Assembly: GCA_965228475.1 (NCBI GenBank)
Contig: OZ245817.1
Location: 3,552,001 to 3,616,000, forward strand
Direction of reading: 5' to 3'
Length of the DNA stretch: 64,000 bases
Source of the DNA: Myxococcota bacterium
GTDB taxonomy: Bacteria > Myxococcota_A > UBA9160 > JAFDDA01
In this document: positions 57,240 to 64,000 of the stretch, in pieces
How the letters are laid out: the number at the start of each line of letters is the position of its first letter
Position numbering within the stretch: position 1 is the first letter of the stretch
Notes under the pieces: generated by a model
The model's input: only the letters and a program-made list of their open reading frames with translations
The model's database searches: none
What the model was told of the DNA's origin: nothing
Program-made: the position numbers and the translations under genes

Positions 57240-58142
57240 TCAGGGGAGGAGGGCTCGGACGCGGTCGCAGAACTCCTGGCGGCTGCGGGCGGCGAGGGTC
57301 ACCGTGAGCCAGGTGACGCCGATCTCCTCGAGTTCGGCGATGCGGCTGCGGAAGCGCGCGGGCTCGAGGTCGGCCTGGTCGTTCATGTTCAGGCCGAAGG
57401 GGACGAAGCACACGTCGAGCGGGCGCTCGCGGCCGACGGCCCGGGCGTGCTCGTGCGCGTAGGCGAGGCGCTCGCGCAGGTCGTCCAGGTTCGCGATGGC
57501 GGCGGTACGGATGAAGCCCGCCATCTTCTTCGGCGTCGGCACCGGCAGCCAGCCATCGCCGAGCTCGACGGCGCGGCGGATGGCCGCCTTGCTGTTGCCA
57601 CCGACCCAGATCGGCGGGTGCGGCTTCTGCACGGGCCGCGGGCGCAGCGTGTGGCCCGCTGCCCGGTAGCCCGTGCCCTCGAAGTGCACGCCGTCCTCGG
57701 TCCAGGCCGCGCGGATCGCGCGCAGGGCTTCGTCGCAGTAGGCGTTGCGCCCTTCGAAGTCCGCGCCGAGCGCCTCGAACTCGTCACGCAGGTAGCCCGC
57801 CGCGACGCCGACGATTACGCGACCGCCCGAGAGCGCATCCAGCGTCGCGAGGGCGCTCGCCGCATGGAACGGGTTCCGATACGGCAGGACGAGGATGTGG
57901 GTCTGGAGCCGGAGCGTCGTCGTCGCCGCGGCCGCGAAGGAGAGCGCCACGAACGGATCGAGGGCGTGGTGCCCGCCGGCCTCCTGCACGAAGCGGTCGC
58001 TCGGGAAGGGATGGTCCGTGACGAAGCAGGCGTCGAAGCCCGCCTCCTCCACCGTCCGGGCCATCTCCGCGATGGCTTCGGCCGAGACGAAGTCTTCGCC
58101 GGATTCCACTTGATCCGTCGGCAGTTGAACCGAGAAACGCAT
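57240..58142 (-). CDS. LLM class (putatively F420-dependent) oxidoreductase
   Basis: TDHPFP, LDPFVAL, LPYRNPF, PRPVQKPHPPIWVGGNS. Confidence 0.9.
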   Translation of the reverse strand: MRFSVQLPTDQVESGEDFVSAEAIAEMARTVEEAGFDACFVTDHPFPSDRFVQEAGGHHALDPFVALSFAAAATTTLRLQTHILVLPYRNPFHAASALATLDALSGGRVIVGVAAGYLRDEFEALGADFEGRNAYCDEALRAIRAAWTEDGVHFEGTGYRAAGHTLRPRPVQKPHPPIWVGGNSKAAIRRAVELGDGWLPVPTPKKMAGFIRTAAIANLDDLRERLAYAHEHARAVGRERPLDVCFVPFGLNMNDQADLEPARFRSRIAELEEIGVTWLTVTLAARSRQEFCDRVRALLP

Positions 58143-58237
58143 GGGGCGCGATCATACACTTCGCTTCGCCCGAAGCGTGCCTTGTCTCCCCCCGATGCCC
58201 CACCTATGCTCCGCGCCGCGGGTTTGAAGGACGTTCG

Positions 58238-59449
58238 ATGGATCTCCGGTACTCGGAAGCCGACGAGAAGTTCCGCGCGGAGCTTCGCGCCTGGCTCGCG
58301 GAGACCGTGCCTGCGCACGGAACCCCGCCCCCCTACAGCGATTGGGACGCGCGCCGCGCCTATGACACGGGCTGGCAGCGCAAGCTCTTCGATGCGGGCT
58401 ACGCCGGGATCAACTGGCCCAAGGCCTACGGCGGCCGCGACGCCTCCCTGACCGAGCAGCTCGTCTACTACGAAGAGATCGCCCGGGCGAAGGCGCCCTA
58501 CATCGGCGTGAACTTCGTCGGCATGCTCCACGGCGGCCCGACGGTGATCGCCGAGGGCAGCGACGCCCAGAAGGCCACCCACATCCCGCGCATCCTGAAG
58601 GGCGAGGAGGTCTGGTGCCAGGGCTTCTCGGAGCCCGTCGCCGGCTCGGACCTGGCGGCGCTCCAGTGCCGCGCGGACCGCGACGGCGACCACTACGTCG
58701 TGACCGGCCACAAGATCTGGACGTCCTTCGCCCAGTGCGCCGACTACTGCGAACTGCTCGTCCGCACGGATCAGGAGGCTTCGAAGCACGGCGGCATCAG
58801 CTGGCTGATCATGCCCATGGACCTCGACGGCATCGACATCCGGCCGCTCCCGACCCTCATGGGCGAGGGCGAATTCAGCGAGGTCTTCCTCGAGGGCGTG
58901 CGCATCCCCGTCGAGAACCGCGTCGGCGCCGAGAACGACGGCTGGCGCGTCACGAACGTGACCCTGCGCTTCGAGCGCGGCACCGCCTTCGCGAGCGAGA
59001 TGTACCACCTCCAGGAGATCCTCGCGGGCATGGTCGAGCTGGCGAAGCGCGTGACGCGCCACGACGCCGCGGCCTGGGAAGACCGGGCGCTGCGCCGCGA
59101 CGTCGGCCACCTCGCGGCCCAGCTCGACGCACTCTGGGCGATGGTGAAGCTCTCGGTCTCGGAGACGGCCCAGACCGGCGTCCCCGGCCTCGGCGCCTCG
59201 GCCATCAAGCTCTTCTACAGCACCGTCTACCAGGAGGTCGGCGAGCTCGGCATGCGGCTGCTCGGCCGCGCCGCCCTCTCGCGTGAAGACGTCGCGGGCC
59301 TGCCGAGCCAGCAGGTCATCCACCGGGCCATGCAGTCGCTTTCGCTGACGATCGCGGCGGGCACCTCGCAGATCCAGCGCAACATCATCGGCGAACGCAT
59401 CCTCGGCCTGCCGAAGGATCCGAAGCCCGTCGCCGCGGGGAGCCGCTAG
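58238..59449 (+). CDS. Acyl-CoA dehydrogenase (alpha-type)
   Basis: WCQGFSEPVAGSDLA, TLRFERG, TIAAGTSQIQRNIIGERILGLPK. Confidence 0.9.
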   Translation: MDLRYSEADEKFRAELRAWLAETVPAHGTPPPYSDWDARRAYDTGWQRKLFDAGYAGINWPKAYGGRDASLTEQLVYYEEIARAKAPYIGVNFVGMLHGGPTVIAEGSDAQKATHIPRILKGEEVWCQGFSEPVAGSDLAALQCRADRDGDHYVVTGHKIWTSFAQCADYCELLVRTDQEASKHGGISWLIMPMDLDGIDIRPLPTLMGEGEFSEVFLEGVRIPVENRVGAENDGWRVTNVTLRFERGTAFASEMYHLQEILAGMVELAKRVTRHDAAAWEDRALRRDVGHLAAQLDALWAMVKLSVSETAQTGVPGLGASAIKLFYSTVYQEVGELGMRLLGRAALSREDVAGLPSQQVIHRAMQSLSLTIAAGTSQIQRNIIGERILGLPKDPKPVAAGSR

Positions 59450-59451
59450 CC

Positions 59452-60435
59452 ATGGACTTCCGCCTCACCGAAGACCAGGAAGCCCTGCGCGACGGCGTCC
59501 GCTCCTTCTGCGACGGCCGCGTGTCCGTCGAGGCCCTCCGCGAGCTCGAAGCCTCACCGGCCCTGGATCGGAAGCTCTGGAGCGAGCTGGCCGAGATGGG
59601 CGTGTTCGGCCTGCGGCGCCCCGAGAGCGAGGGCGGCGTCGGGCTCGGCATGGCCGACGCCGTCGTCGTCTTCAGCGAGCTCGGCCGCCGCCTCGTGCCG
59701 GGTCCTCTGGTGTGGAGCCACCTCGCGGCTGGACTCATCGACGGCGCGGGCAGCGGCGACGCCGTCGTCGGCGGCGTGGACCTGATGGGCGCGCTCGGCG
59801 AGCCCTACGTGATCGAGCACCTCGAGAGCCTCGACGCGCTCCTCGTGCTTCGCCCGAGCGGCGCGTACCACGTCGATCCGAAGTCCCTCGACGCCACCGC
59901 GGTGGCGACGCCCCTCGATCCGCTCACGCCGGTCCACCACGTGGAGAACCTGCCGGCCGGCGAACGCGTCGCCGGCCCCGAGGACACCCGGCAGCTCCAC
60001 CTCGAAGGCACCGCCCTCGCCGCGGCCCTCCTGCTCGGGATCGCCGAATCGACCCAGGAGCTCGCCACCGAGTACGCCAAGGGCCGCGAGCAGTTCGGCC
60101 GGCCCATCGCCGGCTTCCAATCGATCAAGCACATGCTGGCCGACATGTTCGTGCGCCAGGAGGTCGCGCGCGCCGCGGTCTACGCCGCGGGTGCGACCCT
60201 CGACGACCCGGGCGTCGGCGACGTCGCGCGCGCCGCCTCGTCCGCCAAGGTCACGGCGGGCGACGGCGCCATGCGCAACGCGCGCACCTGCATCCAGGTC
60301 CACGGCGGCATGGGGTACACGTGGGAGGTTCCGGCCCACTACTACCTGAAGCGCGCCTGGGTCCTCGAGAACGTGTTCGGCACGGTCGGGGAGCACGAGG
60401 AGCGCATCGCCGAGATCCTGGCCGGCGGGATCTAG
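59452..60435 (+). CDS. Acyl-CoA dehydrogenase (short beta-type subunit)
   Basis: YAKGREQFGRPIAGFQSIKH, QVHGGMGYTWE. Confidence 0.9.
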   Translation: MDFRLTEDQEALRDGVRSFCDGRVSVEALRELEASPALDRKLWSELAEMGVFGLRRPESEGGVGLGMADAVVVFSELGRRLVPGPLVWSHLAAGLIDGAGSGDAVVGGVDLMGALGEPYVIEHLESLDALLVLRPSGAYHVDPKSLDATAVATPLDPLTPVHHVENLPAGERVAGPEDTRQLHLEGTALAAALLLGIAESTQELATEYAKGREQFGRPIAGFQSIKHMLADMFVRQEVARAAVYAAGATLDDPGVGDVARAASSAKVTAGDGAMRNARTCIQVHGGMGYTWEVPAHYYLKRAWVLENVFGTVGEHEERIAEILAGGI

Positions 60436-60468
60436 GAGCCGCGAACCCTCCAGCTCGGGCCCATCGCC

Positions 60469-61350
60469 ATGCCCTGGTTCAGCTATCACAGCGCGCACTC
60501 CGGCGAGTTCTGCCGACACGCCAAGGGGACCCTCGAAGAAGTGGTCCACGCCGCGATCGACCGCGGCTTCAGCCACTACGGTCTGTCCGAGCACTGCCCG
60601 CGCTACCGCCGCGAGGACCTGTTCGGAGACGAGAACGACCTCGCCCCGGAAGACCTCGTCCTCACCTTCGCCGCGTACGGGAAGGAGGCGCACCGCCTGC
60701 GCGCGACCTACGCCGATCGCATCGAGCTCATCGTCGGCTTCGAGACCGAACGCCTGCCGCCGGATTCCTGGGAGGCGAGGATGAGATCGCTGCGCGAAGA
60801 GGGCGGCTTCGAGTACGTGATCGGCAGCGTCCACGACGTCGATGGGGTCTGCATCGACGAGTCTCCCGAGAAGACGGACGAGATGGCCGAGCGCTGCGGC
60901 GGCCGCGAAGCGCTCCAGATCCGCTACTTCGAGGCGCTCACCGAGCTGGTCGCGACGCTCCGGCCGGAGGTCGTCGGCCACGTCGACCTCATCCGCAAGT
61001 TCGACGGGGACGACGCGCACTTCGGCCCACGCGTCTGGCCCTCGATCGAAGCGGCTCTCGAGGCCGTGCGGGAAGCCGGGTCGGTGCTCGACGTCAACTC
61101 GGGCGCCTACCGGCGGGGGCTCAGTCCGATCTATCCGCTGCCCGAGATCCTCGAACGCGCCCGTGCGATGGGGATCGGCGTGACGCTCGGCGACGACGGC
61201 CACGGCCCGCACGACGTCGGCGTCGGGCTCGACGCGAGCCTCGAAGCGATCGCCGCGGCCGGCTACCGCGAGGTCCACTACCTCGCGCGCGTCGACGGGG
61301 GCGTCTCCCTGCTGGCGGCACCGATCGACGAGGTCGGGCCGGGGCGGTAG
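60469..61350 (+). CDS. Histidinol-phosphatase, PHP family (HisJ-like)
   Basis: SYHSAHSGEFCRHA, GLSEH, GSVH, GHVD, DDGH metal ligands. Confidence 0.8.
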   Translation: MPWFSYHSAHSGEFCRHAKGTLEEVVHAAIDRGFSHYGLSEHCPRYRREDLFGDENDLAPEDLVLTFAAYGKEAHRLRATYADRIELIVGFETERLPPDSWEARMRSLREEGGFEYVIGSVHDVDGVCIDESPEKTDEMAERCGGREALQIRYFEALTELVATLRPEVVGHVDLIRKFDGDDAHFGPRVWPSIEAALEAVREAGSVLDVNSGAYRRGLSPIYPLPEILERARAMGIGVTLGDDGHGPHDVGVGLDASLEAIAAAGYREVHYLARVDGGVSLLAAPIDEVGPGR

Positions 61351-61380
61351 GCGGGGCGGCCCCGCCAGGAGCCCGGCTCG

Positions 61381-61401
61381 AATCTGATGGCCCGTCAGAT
61401 T
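61381..61401. promoter_or_regulatory. 21-bp inverted repeat, putative operator
   Basis: AATCTGATGG-C-CCGTCAGATT (one mismatch) upstream of the SDR operon. Confidence 0.5.
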
Positions 61402-61509
61402 TCATAACCCTCTGCCAGAGTGAAGTTTTTCGGTTTCGCGGCCGCTTGCATCCCGTCCGCCATTTGCGATACGCTACGTCTCGAAATTCAACCGAGAGGC
61501 GGATCGACC

Positions 61510-62400
61510 ATGGGAATTCTCGACGGCAAGGCCGCGGTGGTGACGGGCGGCGGGCGCGGGATCGGACGCGGACACTGCCTCCATCTGGCGGCCCAGGGTG
61601 CCTCGGTGATCGTGAACGACATCGACGCCGACGAAGCCGGCAAGGTCGTGCAGGAGATCTCCGAGGCCGGCGGCAAGGCCCAGCCGAACACCGACGACAT
61701 CGGCTCGCGCGAGGGCGCCAAGGCGCTGATCCAGCAGTGTGTCGACGCCTTCGGCGGTATCCACGCCATCGTGAACAACGCCGGGAACGTGAAGGACCGC
61801 ACGTTCCTGAAGATGACCGACGACGAGTTCGACTCCGTCCTGCGCGTGCACGTGAAGGGAACCTTCATGTGCAGCCAGGAAGCGGCCCTGCGCATGAAGG
61901 AGCAGGGCACCGGCGGCGCCATCGTGAACACGGTCTCCGCCGCGCACTTCGGCAACTTCGGCCAGACGAACTACGCGGGCAGCAAGGGCGCCATCGCGAG
62001 CATGACCTACACCTGGGCGCTCGAGCTCGCGCGCGCCGGGATCCGCGTGAACGCGATCAGCCCGGCCGGCACCACGCGCATGTCCGCCACCGCGAAGATC
62101 GGCGGGAAGATCGTCGACCTGCCCTTCATCGACCCGACGTTGAACGGCCCCTTCGTCGCGTTCCTCTGCAGCGACGAGGCGAACTACGTCACCGGCCAGA
62201 TCTTCGGCAGCGGCGCCGAGCGCATCACGATGGTGAACCAGCCGCGCTACGGCACGTCGATGCTCCGGCCGGGTGGCTGGCAGGTGGAGGACATCCTCGA
62301 GCACTTCGAGAAGAACCTCGGCAAGCAGCTCGAGGACTTCGGCCTGATGAAGACGCCCTACCCGTTCTACGACGGCGTCCCGCCGAAGCCCAAGGCCTAG
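61510..62400 (+). CDS. SDR family oxidoreductase (3-hydroxyacyl-CoA dehydrogenase-like)
   Basis: TGGGRGIG, NNAG, GNFGQTNYAGSK. Confidence 0.9.
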   Translation: MGILDGKAAVVTGGGRGIGRGHCLHLAAQGASVIVNDIDADEAGKVVQEISEAGGKAQPNTDDIGSREGAKALIQQCVDAFGGIHAIVNNAGNVKDRTFLKMTDDEFDSVLRVHVKGTFMCSQEAALRMKEQGTGGAIVNTVSAAHFGNFGQTNYAGSKGAIASMTYTWALELARAGIRVNAISPAGTTRMSATAKIGGKIVDLPFIDPTLNGPFVAFLCSDEANYVTGQIFGSGAERITMVNQPRYGTSMLRPGGWQVEDILEHFEKNLGKQLEDFGLMKTPYPFYDGVPPKPKA

Positions 62401-62402
62401 CC

Positions 62403-63818
62403 GTGGCCGGGATCGCCTCCTACGGCGCCTACGTCCCGCCGACGCGCCTGCCCCTCTCCGCCCTCGGCGGCCGGCCGGCCAAGGAAGGCGGCCCGGAGAA
62501 GGCCGTCGCCTGGAACGACGAAGACGCGGTCACGATGGCGGTGAGCGCGGCGGTGAACTGCCTGCGCGGCTTCGACCGCACGCGCGTCGACGGCGTCGTC
62601 TTCGCGTCCACGAGCTACGCCTTCCAGGAGAAGCAGGGCGCGGCACTCCTCGCCAAGGCCCTCGACCTGCCGCGCGACGTTCGCACCTCGGATCAGAGCG
62701 GATCGCTCCGGGCCGGCACCGCGGCCCTGCGCGCCGCCATCGACTCCGTTCGCGCGGGCTCGACGCGCAACGTGCTCGTGGTCGCGAGCGACTGCCGCAT
62801 GGCGGCGCCCGGCTCTCCCCTCGAAGCGAACCTCGGCGACGGCGCCGTCGCGTTCCTCGTCTCGGACGAGAACGTGGTGCTCGAGTTCGACGGCGCTCAC
62901 GCCGTCGCCGACGAGATCGTCGATCTCTGGCGCACGCGGCAGGACACCTTCGTCCACAGCTGGGAGGACCGCTTCGTCGTCCAGGAGGGCTACGTCCCGA
63001 ACACGACCGACGTCGTTGCGGGGCTGTCGGAGAAGCTCGGGGCGAAGGCCGCGGACTTCGCCCGCGTCTGCCTCTACGCCCCGGACGCGCGCAGCCACGG
63101 CACCGTGGCTCGGAAGCTCGGCCTCTCGGGCGACCAGACCCAGGCTCCGTTCTTCGGCCGCCTCGGCAACGCCGGCTGCGCCTTCACGCTCCTCCAGCTC
63201 GCCGCCGCCCTGGAAGCGCTCTCCCCGGGCGAGCGCGTGCTCGCCGTGAGCTACGGCGACGGCGCCGAAGCCCTCGCCTTCACGGCCAGCGAGCACGCCG
63301 AGAAGCTCGGCCCTCGACGCGGCGTCTCCTGGCACCTCGAGCGCCGGCGCCCCGTCGCCAGCTACGACAAGTACGTGAAGGCGCGCAACCTGAACGCCAC
63401 CGAGTGGGTGGACGCCTCCGGCCCGGGCCTCTCGGCGACCGTCCACCACCGCGAGCGCGACGAAGACCTCGCCCTGCTCGGCCAGCAGTGCAACGCCTGC
63501 GGTGCGCACCAGTTCCCGAACCAGCGCGTGTGCGAGAGCTGCTTCGCGAAGGACGACTTCACGCCGGCGCGCTTCTCGGACCGCATCGGCCGCGTCGTCA
63601 CCTACACCTTCGACTTCTTCTTTCCGACGCCGGATCCGCCCACCGTCGTCACCATCACCGAGGTCGACGGCGCGCGGATCCATCTCCAGCTGGTCGACGT
63701 CGACCCGAAGGCCGTCGCCACGGGGATGCCCGTCGAGTTCCAGCTTCGCCGCATTCACATGGCTGGCGGCCGCCCGAACTACTACTGGAAGGCGTGCCCG
63801 GCCGAGGAGCCCCAATGA
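62403..63818 (+). CDS. HMG-CoA synthase-like domain fused to DUF35 Zn-ribbon/OB-fold
   Basis: GIASYGAYVP, EDAVTMAV, GDGAVA, GNAG, SYGDG; C-terminal CNAC...CESC; GTG start at 62403. Confidence 0.85.
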   Translation: MAGIASYGAYVPPTRLPLSALGGRPAKEGGPEKAVAWNDEDAVTMAVSAAVNCLRGFDRTRVDGVVFASTSYAFQEKQGAALLAKALDLPRDVRTSDQSGSLRAGTAALRAAIDSVRAGSTRNVLVVASDCRMAAPGSPLEANLGDGAVAFLVSDENVVLEFDGAHAVADEIVDLWRTRQDTFVHSWEDRFVVQEGYVPNTTDVVAGLSEKLGAKAADFARVCLYAPDARSHGTVARKLGLSGDQTQAPFFGRLGNAGCAFTLLQLAAALEALSPGERVLAVSYGDGAEALAFTASEHAEKLGPRRGVSWHLERRRPVASYDKYVKARNLNATEWVDASGPGLSATVHHRERDEDLALLGQQCNACGAHQFPNQRVCESCFAKDDFTPARFSDRIGRVVTYTFDFFFPTPDPPTVVTITEVDGARIHLQLVDVDPKAVATGMPVEFQLRRIHMAGGRPNYYWKACPAEEPQ

Positions 63819-64000
63819 GCGAAGGCATCCGCGACAAGGTCGCCATCGTCGGCGTCGGCTGTTGCCCGTTCGGCGAGAACTGGGACCAGTCGCCCTCGGA
63901 CATGATCGTCGACGCGGCCTACCAGGCCTACGCCGATGCGGGGATCGAAGACCCGCAGGAGCGCATCGAAGCGGTCTTCACGGGCTCGATCTACTCGCAG
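63815..64000 (+). CDS. Thiolase family protein (3' truncated)
   Basis: ATGA overlap; MSEGIRDKVAIVGVGCCPFGENWD...AYADAGI. Confidence 0.8.
   Translation, partial: MSEGIRDKVAIVGVGCCPFGENWDQSPSDMIVDAAYQAYADAGIEDPQERIEAVFTGSIYSQ

Noticed and set aside
59712..62402. Apparent 900-aa N-terminal extension of the HMGS-like protein
   Set aside because: Overlaps three real genes; family-like sequence starts only at GTG 62403.
1..64000. tRNA, rRNA, CRISPR arrays, riboswitches
   Set aside because: Intergenic gaps are short and none showed cloverleaf, repeat-spacer or recognisable riboswitch patterns by eye; an Infernal/Rfam scan would be needed to exclude small RNAs.

Overview
High-GC, gene-dense bacterial DNA. 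PqiA/MCE, RND efflux, lipoproteins and a PEP-CTERM-type protein suggest a diderm, possibly Myxococcota/deltaproteobacterial-like (inference only). Most of the window is steroid/lipid-catabolism-type metabolism: acyl-CoA dehydrogenase pairs, MaoC hydratases, Ltp2-like thiolase with DUF35, a CYP125/142-like P450, family III CoA-transferases, SDRs and LLM oxidoreductases. Two KstR-type operator boxes lie in this part. Two accessory blocks stand out. (1) 4.6-18.4 kb: an ECF43/TIGR02999-type sigma factor and a soluble Ser/Thr kinase-degenerate cyclase-STAND ATPase-TPR protein. They are flanked by two divergent promoter pairs carrying four copies of an identically spaced motif (TTGCGGGnnTT-N13-GCGTTT), upstream of a K+ channel, a split PqiA/4-ring MCE transporter, an RND pump and a secreted protein. 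This looks like a self-contained phosphorylation-activated regulon. (2) 38.8-41.5 kb: a lower-GC three-gene cassette, HigB, HigA-ImmA/IrrE peptidase fusion and a beta-family protein, a candidate anti-phage/TA system. No rRNA, tRNA, CRISPR, integrase or transposase was recognised. All family calls come from motif recognition by eye, not database searches.
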